From: Pseudomonas phage 201phi2-1
Sequence record: NC_010821.1
Length of the DNA: 32,000 nt
Strand: one strand, 5' to 3'
Position 1 is the first letter of the stretch; each line of letters starts with the position of its first letter. The notes beneath the pieces were generated by a model, which did not search any database, had not been told where the DNA came from, and saw nothing but the letters and a program-made list of their open reading frames with translations. Positions 20,342 to 29,029 of this stretch are shown here, one piece after another. The position numbers and the translations under genes are program-made.

Positions 20342-20656
20342 TTGGAGAAACAAATGTCCCACAATGAGTTGAGCGAAATTACCTATCAGGGTAACACTTA
20401 CACTCTGATCGATAATACTGAATTCGGTCCAAATGAAACGGCGAACAGTATTTATCACTTCATTAACTGTGCTGAACCGCGTATTATTGACGCCAGTTGT
20501 GTCCACGAAGTTATGGTTTCGGCTGAGTCGTTTGCTGCCGCGATCGAAGAGTTCCATCATACCTACCGTGTACAACACGGCGTGCCCCACACCGTCGAGT
20601 ATATTGGTAATGACCTCAGAGCAAAGACGGCTGACCCACATTTGATCAGCAAATAA
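20342..20656 (+). CDS. small paralogue family member 4
   Basis: VMVSAESFAAAIEEFH...HTVEYIGNDLRAKT; likely start MSHNELS a few codons in. Confidence 0.7.
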   Translation: MEKQMSHNELSEITYQGNTYTLIDNTEFGPNETANSIYHFINCAEPRIIDASCVHEVMVSAESFAAAIEEFHHTYRVQHGVPHTVEYIGNDLRAKTADPHLISK

Positions 20657-20669
20657 AAAACGACATATT

Positions 20670-20693
20670 GCCCCTCCTTACGGAGGGGCTTTA
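20670..20693. terminator. bidirectional terminator gcccctcc-ttac-ggaggggc
   Basis: Perfect stem between convergent genes; T-rich in both directions (minus: tatgtcgttttttattt). Confidence 0.9.
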
Positions 20694-20695
20694 TT

Positions 20696-21787
20696 TCAAT
20701 TCTTTTTTGACTTAATGTCATCGATCAACTCGGCGATTTGTTTACGGAATATCTTAACAAATTCAGTGTTACCCATTTGATTAAAGATCTGATCGTTAGA
20801 ACCCTCAATCAAGTCAATCATTACAGCGTTGATCTGCGATGCATCATAACCATGGTTACGCATTACCATTCGCACCAAGTACCTTACGTATGGTAACCGT
20901 GCCATGGTCATAGCCCATTGGTTCTGATACGTTACTGGCTCACGTGGTAATTTGATTACCTCAAAGAGATTAGGTTTAACAATCATTGGCGTGATTGCAG
21001 CTAACCCTTCAACTTCAATACCTTTAAGTAATGCCTCAAAATTAATCGATTCCTCGATACGCTTGAGCTTCTCAGAAAGATCCGTAATGTAGAAAGGATG
21101 TGGTGATGGGAAAGGTGTATTAGGTATACCTTGCGATTGTCTATCCAACCGATTAAAGAAAGCAATGTCTAAAAAGCTTTCAATCATACTCGGTAACAGA
21201 ATACTACCCACAAAGCGATAAGCATTCTCAAACTGCATTACACCTTGGGTAGCTTGCCATCTCAACCAGTAACGGTATTGAACCATCAACATAGGAATGT
21301 TAATACTCAGTACACCAAAGGCACGTCCCGGTGTAGTGTTGTTCATGATCGGCAACATCATGTCTGTGCGGGTGTGGTATAGATAGCGAACGGGCTTCAA
21401 AGTACGCCATACCTTACCTAACCCTTCCATCTTAAACTTTTCATAGCTAGCTACAGCGATCTCTTCAGCCTGTGGCCCTAGAGTAATGCCCTTGGAATAG
21501 ATCGTTCCTTTATTAATAGGTGAAACGATTCCCAGTCGTGGGATTACACCTTTAGCCCAACGTTCAACTAAGTTAGCCCACTCAGCATCATCCAACCTTT
21601 CAGTGATTTCAAATTGCTGAATGATCGTAGCAAATAGATTATTCGAGGCTACGTACTTAGGTGCTTTACGATAATAGTTTTGGACATCGTTTATAAGTCC
21701 GGCATACTGACGACGGATATAACCAAGACCAGGGTCTACTGTCTGACCCAACTTCCGATTTGGTGCATCCCGGAATAGTGCATACAT
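20696..21787 (-). CDS. hypothetical protein, 363 aa (possibly structural)
   Basis: Long minus-strand ORF without a plus alternative, ending at a bidirectional terminator. Confidence 0.85.
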   Translation of the reverse strand: MYALFRDAPNRKLGQTVDPGLGYIRRQYAGLINDVQNYYRKAPKYVASNNLFATIIQQFEITERLDDAEWANLVERWAKGVIPRLGIVSPINKGTIYSKGITLGPQAEEIAVASYEKFKMEGLGKVWRTLKPVRYLYHTRTDMMLPIMNNTTPGRAFGVLSINIPMLMVQYRYWLRWQATQGVMQFENAYRFVGSILLPSMIESFLDIAFFNRLDRQSQGIPNTPFPSPHPFYITDLSEKLKRIEESINFEALLKGIEVEGLAAITPMIVKPNLFEVIKLPREPVTYQNQWAMTMARLPYVRYLVRMVMRNHGYDASQINAVMIDLIEGSNDQIFNQMGNTEFVKIFRKQIAELIDDIKSKKN

Positions 21788-21873
21788 TATTCTAGTTCCT
21801 GTTATTAGTGAAGCAACATACTGTACGATGCTGAGTATATAACATTGTAGGTCAATAGATTTTATTTGAGATT

Positions 21874-21890
21874 TATATTACTAATGTGTA
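21874..21890 (+). promoter_or_regulatory. phiKZ-type early promoter-like element TATATTACTAATGTGTA
   Basis: Intergenic, divergent from the 20696..21787 gene, matches consensus. Confidence 0.75.
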
Positions 21891-21910
21891 AATTAACCAA
21901 GGTATCTGAC

Positions 21911-22087
21911 ATGTCCGTATACTTGATAATAAAGAAGAACAACCCACATTGCTTGTTCAACCCTTTAAATATCCATGACCCTAATATCAATGGGCAACTG
22001 TGGTACGACTGTGTAACACGGTTAGCAGATCGGCTTAATAAACATGCCTCCATGACCCAGATCATTGTAACCAAGCGAGTAAAGTAA
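21911..22087 (+). CDS. hypothetical 58-aa protein
   Basis: MSVYLIIKKNNPHCLFNPLNIHDPN...; start re-assigned because the track start precedes the promoter core. Confidence 0.6.
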   Translation: MSVYLIIKKNNPHCLFNPLNIHDPNINGQLWYDCVTRLADRLNKHASMTQIIVTKRVK

Positions 22088-22089
22088 AA

Positions 22090-22263
22090 ATGGAACCCCT
22101 TCTTAGTATCACCCGTAAAGCAGCTAACGCCAAGATCACCAGTGAGTTCCTGATGCGTGGGAATAACATTGGATTGTTCCGCAACAGCTATGCTCGACTA
22201 CAACGTAAAATCCGCGAGGGTTCTAATATTGTTGCCATCTACGTCAATAGGAAAACAGCTTAA
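22090..22263 (+). CDS. hypothetical 57-aa basic protein
   Basis: MEPLLSITRKAANAKITSEFLMRGNNIGLFRNSYARLQRKIREGSNIVAIYVNRKTA; below track cutoff; fills the gap. Confidence 0.6.
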   Translation: MEPLLSITRKAANAKITSEFLMRGNNIGLFRNSYARLQRKIREGSNIVAIYVNRKTA

Positions 22264-22493
22264 TGTTAGCGACATTTCGCATCGAACACTTCGATGATAC
22301 CAACATTACTGAGTTGGTAACGTATGAGCGTAACAGTGTTTACCACATCATCATGATGTTGGAGTTGAATCAGAACGTTAAAGCCTACACGATCACTGCT
22401 GAAGGTGGTCCAGTGGAAGATCCACATCAGACGTATTCTTTCAGCTCGTTGGTCAGTATGTCAAAATACACAACCACTATCAATAAATGGTGA
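22263..22493 (+). CDS. hypothetical protein
   Basis: 76-aa ORF, TAATG coupling. Confidence 0.65.
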   Translation: MLATFRIEHFDDTNITELVTYERNSVYHIIMMLELNQNVKAYTITAEGGPVEDPHQTYSFSSLVSMSKYTTTINKW

Positions 22494-22496
22494 GTC

Positions 22497-22787
22497 ATGA
22501 TTACTCGTGGAAAACGAACCTACTTAGTTAACCTGTTCCGACCTGACGGTTTCTTTACATATAAAGGAAAGCTTTCTCTAAAGGCTGGTAATCAGATCTT
22601 GATCGGCATGGTACCCGTATCGGTAACCCCGCCACCATTTGACAACCCTGAAGTAGTCCAGATTGATTTTGATGTAATGAAGGGCGACTTAGCTGTAATG
22701 CCATCTATCCCAGATGACATAACCGCGTTTCTCAATGAATGGTCATCGACATTCAGTTCATCGCTAGCCCCAAGGATTATTCTTTAA
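22497..22787 (+). CDS. hypothetical protein
   Basis: 96-aa ORF. Confidence 0.65.
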   Translation: MITRGKRTYLVNLFRPDGFFTYKGKLSLKAGNQILIGMVPVSVTPPPFDNPEVVQIDFDVMKGDLAVMPSIPDDITAFLNEWSSTFSSSLAPRIIL

Positions 22788-23092
22788 TGACTAGACTTTC
22801 AGATGTACCTCTTTCTGAACTACGTACTGACGAAGGTTGGTTAATCAGTGCAACTGGCACTCGTGGTAAGATTACAGCTATTACGTCTACTACTTCAGGC
22901 AACCAGTTTAAGACTCGGTTGCGCATCACTTGGGACAACGGCTTAGAGTCGTATGCAAAGTGGCCACATGAATGTAATAACATTCAAGTTGATGATCGTT
23001 ATCAGCATATCCTGTGCAAACCATACGTAAATGCGCGTGTTGAAGAACTGCTGGCTAACGTAGATTACCTCAAACAATTCGAAGCAGAATAA
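22787..23092 (+). CDS. hypothetical 101-aa protein
   Basis: MTRLSDVPLSELRTDEGWLIS...; start at TAATG 22787. Confidence 0.65.
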   Translation: MTRLSDVPLSELRTDEGWLISATGTRGKITAITSTTSGNQFKTRLRITWDNGLESYAKWPHECNNIQVDDRYQHILCKPYVNARVEELLANVDYLKQFEAE

Positions 23093-23175
23093 TAATTTAC
23101 TTGCATGTACCATCTAGTAGAGGAAGTGCTGTTACGGACTTCCAATACTCGTTTATTCCTCATCGGAGTGACACA

Positions 23176-23391
23176 ATGGCCAAGTTCTCGGCAGTTATCA
23201 GTTGGGGTGGTAAAGCGAATAAAGTTGAAGTCAACGATTCTCGCTACCCGCATCCATTCACTATCCCAACTCTCGGTGAGATTGAAATCACCATCGATGC
23301 TGCGGATAGTAAAGAAGCAATCATTAAGTTTGACGAGATTGCTCGTAGCTTTAATGACCGTGCACAATTGGTCATTGAATCTATCCGATAA
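23176..23391 (+). CDS. hypothetical 71-aa protein
   Basis: MAKFSAVISWGGKANKVEVNDSRYP..., with GGAG upstream. Confidence 0.65.
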   Translation: MAKFSAVISWGGKANKVEVNDSRYPHPFTIPTLGEIEITIDAADSKEAIIKFDEIARSFNDRAQLVIESIR

Positions 23392-23523
23392 CTTAAGAGA
23401 TACTTTTTGTCGTATCTTATGTAGCACACTCAACCGTGTTACATCCCAGGCGAATATAGCCTGATAACCAGACTATGATGCCTGAACCCTCAGTAATGTT
23501 GAGATTAGAAAAAATCTCAGATT

Positions 23524-23540
23524 TATATTACTACTGTGAA
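23524..23540 (+). promoter_or_regulatory. phiKZ-type early promoter-like element TATATTACTACTGTGAA
   Basis: Located 66 nt before the chmA-like ORF, matches consensus. Confidence 0.8.
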
Positions 23541-23605
23541 TCTCAGTACAAGGTTCACTTGCATCAACTTGATCAAGCATTAAAAACACACTAAAGGAAA
23601 GAATC

Positions 23606-25501
23606 ATGATTCGTGACACCGCAACCAACACCACCCAAACTCAAGCTGCTCCGCAACAAGCTCCAGCTCAACAGTTCACTCAAGCTCCACAGGAAAAACC
23701 AATGCAATCGACTCAATCGCAACCAACTCCATCGTACGCTGGTACCGGTGGTATCAATTCCCAGTTCACTCGTTCCGGTAACGTCCAAGGTGGCGATGCT
23801 CGTGCTAGCGAGGCTCTGACTGTATTCACTCGTCTGAAAGAACAGGCCGTCGCTCAACAAGATCTGGCCGATGACTTCAGCATCCTGCGATTCGATCGTG
23901 ACCAGCACCAAGTAGGTTGGTCGTCTCTGGTTATCGCAAAACAAATCTCTCTGAACGGTCAGCCGGTAATCGCTGTTCGTCCTCTGATCCTGCCTAACAA
24001 CTCGATCGAGCTGCCGAAGCGTAAAACCAACATCGTCAACGGTATGCAGACTGACGTAATCGAATCCGACATCGACGTTGGTACCGTGTTCTCCGCTCAG
24101 TACTTCAACCGTCTGTCCACCTACGTACAGAACACTCTGGGTAAGCCAGGTGCTAAAGTCGTACTGGCTGGTCCATTCCCGATCCCTGCGGATCTGGTTC
24201 TGAAGGACTCCGAGCTGCAACTGCGTAACCTGCTGATCAAATCGGTCAACGCATGTGACGACATTCTGGCTCTGCACTCCGGTGAGCGTCCTTTCACCAT
24301 CGCTGGTCTGAAAGGTCAGCAAGGTGAGACTCTGGCTGCTAAGGTAGATATCCGTACTCAGCCTCTGCACGACACCGTTGGTAACCCAATCCGTGCTGAC
24401 ATCGTAGTAACTACTCAACGTGTTCGCCGTAATGGTCAACAAGAGAACGAGTTCTACGAGACCGACGTTAAGCTGAACCAAGTGGCAATGTTCACTAACC
24501 TTGAACGTACTCCACAGGCTCAGGCACAAACCCTGTTCCCTAACCAGCAGCAAGTAGCTACTCCAGCTCCTTGGGTTGCTTCGGTAGTAATTACCGACGT
24601 ACGTAACGCTGACGGTATTCAGGCTAACACTCCTGAAATGTACTGGTTCGCTCTGTCTAACGCATTCCGTTCGACTCACGGTCACGCATGGGCTCGCCCA
24701 TTCCTGCCGATGACTGGCGTTGCTAAAGACATGAAGGACATCGGTGCACTGGGTTGGATGTCGGCTCTGCGTAACCGCATCGACACCAAAGCAGCTAACT
24801 TCGATGACGCTCAATTCGGTCAACTGATGCTGAGTCAGGTTCAACCTAACCCAGTGTTCCAGATCGACCTGAACCGTATGGGCGAGACTGCTCAGATGGA
24901 CAGCCTGCAACTGGACGCCGCTGGTGGCCCTAACGCACAGAAGGCTGCTGCAACCATCATCCGTCAGATCAACAATCTGGGCGGTGGCGGTTTCGAGCGT
25001 TTCTTCGATCACACCACTCAGCCTATCCTCGAGCGCACCGGTCAAGTGATTGATCTGGGTAACTGGTTCGATGGTGATGAGAAGCGTGACCGTCGTGACC
25101 TCGACAACCTGGCTGCACTGAACGCTGCTGAAGGTAACGAGAACGAGTTCTGGGGCTTCTACGGTGCTCAGCTTAACCCGAACCTGCACCCAGACCTGCG
25201 TAACCGTCAGTCGCGTAACTACGACCGTCAATACCTGGGTAGCACTGTTACCTACACCGGTAAAGCCGAACGTTGCACTTACAACGCTAAGTTCATCGAA
25301 GCGCTGGACCGTTACCTGGCTGAAGCTGGTCTGCAAATCACCATGGATAACACCTCGGTGCTGAACAGCGGTCAACGCTTCATGGGTAACTCGGTAATCG
25401 GTAACAACATGGTTAGCGGTCAAGCTCAGGTTCACTCGGCTTACGCTGGTACTCAGGGTTTCAACACCCAGTACCAAACTGGCCCATCCAGCTTCTACTA
25501 A
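23606..25501 (+). CDS. chmA: phage nucleus shell protein (chimallin, ChmA)-like; phiKZ gp54 / 201phi2-1 gp105 family
   Basis: 631 aa; Gln/Pro-rich low-complexity N-terminus; Ser/Tyr/Gln-rich C-terminal tail (GTQGFNTQYQTGPSSFY); own promoter, strong AAAGGA SD; strongly CTG-biased Leu codons; upstream of a split RNAP beta' gene, as recalled for phiKZ gp54/gp55. Not verified by alignment. Confidence 0.8.
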   Translation: MIRDTATNTTQTQAAPQQAPAQQFTQAPQEKPMQSTQSQPTPSYAGTGGINSQFTRSGNVQGGDARASEALTVFTRLKEQAVAQQDLADDFSILRFDRDQHQVGWSSLVIAKQISLNGQPVIAVRPLILPNNSIELPKRKTNIVNGMQTDVIESDIDVGTVFSAQYFNRLSTYVQNTLGKPGAKVVLAGPFPIPADLVLKDSELQLRNLLIKSVNACDDILALHSGERPFTIAGLKGQQGETLAAKVDIRTQPLHDTVGNPIRADIVVTTQRVRRNGQQENEFYETDVKLNQVAMFTNLERTPQAQAQTLFPNQQQVATPAPWVASVVITDVRNADGIQANTPEMYWFALSNAFRSTHGHAWARPFLPMTGVAKDMKDIGALGWMSALRNRIDTKAANFDDAQFGQLMLSQVQPNPVFQIDLNRMGETAQMDSLQLDAAGGPNAQKAAATIIRQINNLGGGGFERFFDHTTQPILERTGQVIDLGNWFDGDEKRDRRDLDNLAALNAAEGNENEFWGFYGAQLNPNLHPDLRNRQSRNYDRQYLGSTVTYTGKAERCTYNAKFIEALDRYLAEAGLQITMDNTSVLNSGQRFMGNSVIGNNMVSGQAQVHSAYAGTQGFNTQYQTGPSSFY

Positions 25502-25512
25502 GTTGTAACCAA

Positions 25513-25534
25513 ATTGGGATCGAAAGGTCCCAAT
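25513..25534 (+). promoter_or_regulatory. RNA hairpin attgggatc-gaaa-ggtcccaat (GNRA-type loop)
   Basis: 9-bp stem including one wobble pair, directly after the chmA-like stop. Confidence 0.6.
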
Positions 25535-25666
25535 GTGGACACCACCTAAATACTGGCTAAAGGTGTTCACTATTGAAACCCACCGCTTAACTCGATATTC
25601 GAGAGTGTCATGTAACAGTGACACTTTGTGGTTAATAATACCAGTTAGATCTGGACCAATAGACGG

Positions 25667-25690
25667 GCTACTCCTTCGGGAGTAGCTTTT
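25667..25690 (+). terminator. terminator gctactcc-ttcg-ggagtagc + TTTT
   Basis: Perfect 8-bp stem, TTCG loop, T-run. Confidence 0.9.
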
Positions 25691-25726
25691 CTATTCCTTT
25701 TTTTGTAATTACTAATAGGTGGAAAG

Positions 25727-26293
25727 ATGCGAGTAGCTCGTTTTAACGATGTCGAACCAGAACGTATTGTCCCGCTTGTAAATGCAAGCACCATGGATAA
25801 TTTCTATCCCGGTGATGTGGCACGCCTTGTCACCTACGTAGATCATGTTGGTCTGACGGCACCGCTGAAGTTTGGTAAGCGATTTGATCTGTTGGGCATG
25901 GCAGGTGAGGACGACCCGTTTAAAGTAATCGATCCAGCAATGTGTATTGAAACCGTTTACTTCAAGGTGAATGATGTTCTGTACGCCGGCTATGCCAAAG
26001 GTGAGAAAGGTAATGTCACACAGGCGCATTTGTTGGGAGATACTCGACGAGTTACCATTGATTGGACCCATGAACATGTTTATATGGATTCTGAACGCCC
26101 AGCATATTTCGATGGCGTAGATACCAGTAAGATCCCAGTGGGTGTATTCCAATTCAACATCACTGGCGAGGTTCAGATCAGTAAAGGTATCGTTGAATTC
26201 AATGCAACTGTTATTGAACAATCTGAGGGGTTGAATGTAGAGCTAGTTGGTTATGACCTTCTGGCATATTACAGTAAAAATAGCGGAGATTAA
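25727..26293 (+). CDS. hypothetical protein, 188 aa
   Basis: ORF with GGTGG SD region. Confidence 0.8.
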   Translation: MRVARFNDVEPERIVPLVNASTMDNFYPGDVARLVTYVDHVGLTAPLKFGKRFDLLGMAGEDDPFKVIDPAMCIETVYFKVNDVLYAGYAKGEKGNVTQAHLLGDTRRVTIDWTHEHVYMDSERPAYFDGVDTSKIPVGVFQFNITGEVQISKGIVEFNATVIEQSEGLNVELVGYDLLAYYSKNSGD

Positions 26294-26295
26294 AT

Positions 26296-26367
26296 ATGGC
26301 GCTGGTTCATTGGCGATGCCGAAACTGTGGTATGACGAAATGTCTGTGTATTAAGCTTGGCAAGTGA
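26296..26367 (+). CDS. possible 23-aa Cys-rich microprotein MALVHWRCRNCGMTKCLCIKLGK
   Basis: ATG with upstream GGAG; fills the gap between 26293 and 26376. Confidence 0.35.
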   Translation: MALVHWRCRNCGMTKCLCIKLGK

Positions 26368-26375
26368 GGTTGTGA

Positions 26376-27839
26376 ATGGGGTTGTATTTGGAAGTAGTGG
26401 ATCTCGATGAGGTTCATGATAACTTTAAAGGTAAGATGATTTATGCCAATGACTTCAATACCGGTACTGTAGAAGGTAAAGAAGCATTCCACCAACATTT
26501 CTATTCTCACTATAAGGATTCCGAAGCTGTAGAGAACTCGGCTAGTTGTGATTGTGAATACCTAGATGAAGCACACTTCCTCGGGGTGATCTGTGAGAAC
26601 TGCGGTAGTCCAGTAGTCTCGACCAGTAACCGACCGATTGTACCATCGATGTGGATTCGTGCACCAGAAGGCGTTGATCGAATGATCACACCTCAACTCT
26701 GGATCATGTTGTCTAATTATCTCACGATGAAGGAATTCGACTTCCTCGAATATCTTACCAACACGAGTTATAATTACGATGACGCAAACATTACGTCTAA
26801 AGAAACTCGACGTAAAGTCGGTAAGTTGCTGGCCAAAGGATTCCCACGTGGTCTGAATAACTTCGTTCAGAACTTCGATGAGATCTTCCAGTTCTTACTG
26901 GATGCTAACATCATCAACACCAACAAAGGTGAGATGGCCGCATTCGTAAGAGCTAACAAGCACAAGATGTTCCCAAGACATATCCCGATTCCATCTAAAC
27001 TATGTTTCGTAGCTGAATCGACCACGTCTGGTAACTATCTCGATGAACCTATTGGACCAGCTATCGAAGCCGTACTGACGTTCTGTAGTATCGGTAGTAG
27101 CCCAATCCCAATTAAACCACAAACCGTTCAGAACCGTGTTGCAGAGTCTCTGAAGAACATTTCGGTGTATCACAAGAACCTTGCCAAAACACGTATTGCA
27201 CAGAAGCCGGGTTTGGTTCGTCGACACGTACTGGGTGGCCGTTTGAACTTTACTGGTCGTGGTGTAATTACATCGATCAGTGATCCACATGACTACGATG
27301 AACTCCATGTAAGCTGGGGTATCATGTGTCAGCTGATGAAATATCATCTGGTCAACAAGCTCAAGCGTAAGATGCGTTGGACTAGTCGTAAGGCTACTCA
27401 ACACATCTATGAACATACTTTGCAGTATTGCCCGATCTTGGATGAGTGCTTTAAAGAACTCATTGCAGAGTCTAACTACAAGGGTATTGGTGTAACCTTT
27501 CACCGAAATCCGACATTGCAACGTGGCTCTACTCAACGCTTCTTTATTACTAAGGTTAAGACTGACCTTCGTGATAACTCCATCAGTATGTCGGTACTGT
27601 GCCTCAAGGCACCTAACGCCGACTTCGATGGTGACCAACTTAATATGACCCTGCTGCCAGACAACTATCTGGTAGACGCGTGTGAGCGTATTGCACCACA
27701 CACTTGGGTACACTCCACTGACGATCCACATCAACTGTCTGGTAACCTTGAACTGCAAGGTCCAGTAGTAGAGACTGTCGTTAACTATGGTCACGAAGAT
27801 TATCTTCCACCTCTGGAAGAATGGTTGGCCGGACATTAA
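26376..27839 (+). CDS. multisubunit RNA polymerase beta' subunit, N-terminal/catalytic part (probably non-virion RNAP, phiKZ gp55-like)
   Basis: Zinc-ribbon-like CDC..CENCG, GGRLNFTGRGVI, GVTFHRNPTLQRGSTQRF, and the catalytic NADFDGD (27615..27635). nvRNAP assignment is from adjacency to the chmA-like gene only. Confidence 0.88.
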   Translation: MGLYLEVVDLDEVHDNFKGKMIYANDFNTGTVEGKEAFHQHFYSHYKDSEAVENSASCDCEYLDEAHFLGVICENCGSPVVSTSNRPIVPSMWIRAPEGVDRMITPQLWIMLSNYLTMKEFDFLEYLTNTSYNYDDANITSKETRRKVGKLLAKGFPRGLNNFVQNFDEIFQFLLDANIINTNKGEMAAFVRANKHKMFPRHIPIPSKLCFVAESTTSGNYLDEPIGPAIEAVLTFCSIGSSPIPIKPQTVQNRVAESLKNISVYHKNLAKTRIAQKPGLVRRHVLGGRLNFTGRGVITSISDPHDYDELHVSWGIMCQLMKYHLVNKLKRKMRWTSRKATQHIYEHTLQYCPILDECFKELIAESNYKGIGVTFHRNPTLQRGSTQRFFITKVKTDLRDNSISMSVLCLKAPNADFDGDQLNMTLLPDNYLVDACERIAPHTWVHSTDDPHQLSGNLELQGPVVETVVNYGHEDYLPPLEEWLAGH

Positions 27840-27851
27840 GAGGAATACTAG

Positions 27852-28280
27852 ATGGGCTTAGTACTGAAGTTTGACAAAACTGACGAAGGTCTAATGCTCG
27901 ATGGTAATCCAGTTACGATCTCCCTCGGTGGCCAAGGCTGCCGAGTGGAGGCTAGCTCGATTTCATTGACCTATACGTTACCAAAGTCACAGTTACCCGA
28001 GGGCAGTAAGCACGAAATCTCATACACCTTCAAAGCTGATTCCGAAGGCGTGATCCAATCGGTCACCACTAACCGAACTGAGTTGGTGCGGAACGCTACC
28101 GGTAATCGCTGGTACACTGATCGATTCCCAGATGAAACGACGGTTTACCTAGTCTATAACGCATCTGTATTGGACTACTTTAAAGTTACCGTAGGTGATA
28201 CCAGAATGGCTATTAAAGACTACTTGGTAATTCGACCTAAAGAAAAACATAATAATCCACTTGATCACATTGGGTGGTAA
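27852..28280 (+). CDS. hypothetical protein
   Basis: 142-aa ORF. Confidence 0.75.
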   Translation: MGLVLKFDKTDEGLMLDGNPVTISLGGQGCRVEASSISLTYTLPKSQLPEGSKHEISYTFKADSEGVIQSVTTNRTELVRNATGNRWYTDRFPDETTVYLVYNASVLDYFKVTVGDTRMAIKDYLVIRPKEKHNNPLDHIGW

Positions 28281-28807
28281 GGATGTTTAACTTTAAGCGG
28301 TGGTGGCATAAACCGATACCCGTTGAGGTACCGGTTATAGCTGAAGAGTCAAAGATAGACCCGGTGGTAATCGAATGGCAACGTCGGGTCAAAGAGTTTT
28401 ATAGTGCTCGACGCAAAAACGCAAGGTCAATGAGTACATTCGATAAATACTGTTTCATCAGAGGGATTAACTTCGACTGTTATGAAGACTGCGAAAGACT
28501 GTATCGAAAGCTAGGTAATCCAGATATAGATCTACATATCGAATTTAGGCTCGATAAAGACCTGTTGGCCGCGAGCTTGCTTATTCCAGACGAGCGTCCA
28601 ACAGACGACCAGTTGATTAACGCGCAGCTCTTTTATGAGCAACTGGTTAAAACCATAGATACCGATCTATGGGACAATACACCTCACAAGTTCTACGCTG
28701 GTAACGACGTCGATGTGATGGAACATTATCTTCGTAGTCAATTCAACCTATTCGATTATGAGCTATCGGTGTCGGTATCCGCTTACATCTGGTGGAGTTT
28801 AGCCTGA
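28274..28807 (+). CDS. hypothetical protein, upstream part of a frame interrupted by TGA
   Basis: 177-aa ORF; same frame stays open past the stop to 29437. Confidence 0.7.
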   Translation: MVRMFNFKRWWHKPIPVEVPVIAEESKIDPVVIEWQRRVKEFYSARRKNARSMSTFDKYCFIRGINFDCYEDCERLYRKLGNPDIDLHIEFRLDKDLLAASLLIPDERPTDDQLINAQLFYEQLVKTIDTDLWDNTPHKFYAGNDVDVMEHYLRSQFNLFDYELSVSVSAYIWWSLA

Positions 28808-29029
28808 AAGCCTAAAGGTATTCGTTGCCATACGCATGTCATAGACGCATGCCGTCATCACGGAGATATCTTCGACTATTATTACGACCACATCCGTAAA
28901 GCGATTAGGTTAGTAGAGAACTGGGCTGGGTGTAATCTTGGTTGTTGTGATTTCCCAGATGAAATCGAACCTTGTCCCGTCTTATGGTACGAACATGAAT
29001 GTCGATTCAAAAGACCAAAGGATAAAGCT

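Noticed and set aside
23591-25624. 677-aa minus-strand ORF spanning the chmA-like gene
   Set aside because: It mirrors a strongly codon-biased gene. Its translation is Ser/Thr/Val/Leu-rich (e.g. TVQRFDELSVVSATF) as expected from antisense of CTG/GAC/AAC codons, and it runs through the opposing terminator and promoter.
25688-25722. TAATTACTaataggtgg as a seventh promoter-like copy
   Set aside because: The core differs and GTG spacing is off by two bases compared with the others.
27000-27836. 278-aa minus-strand ORF
   Set aside because: Antisense to the RNAP beta' gene containing NADFDGD.
28805-28807. Genome-wide reassignment of TGA
   Set aside because: Other genes in the window end naturally in TGA (e.g. 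4561..4563 and the stop of 30880..31254), and extending them would give overlaps with well-supported neighbours. Only local readthrough or mutation remains possible.
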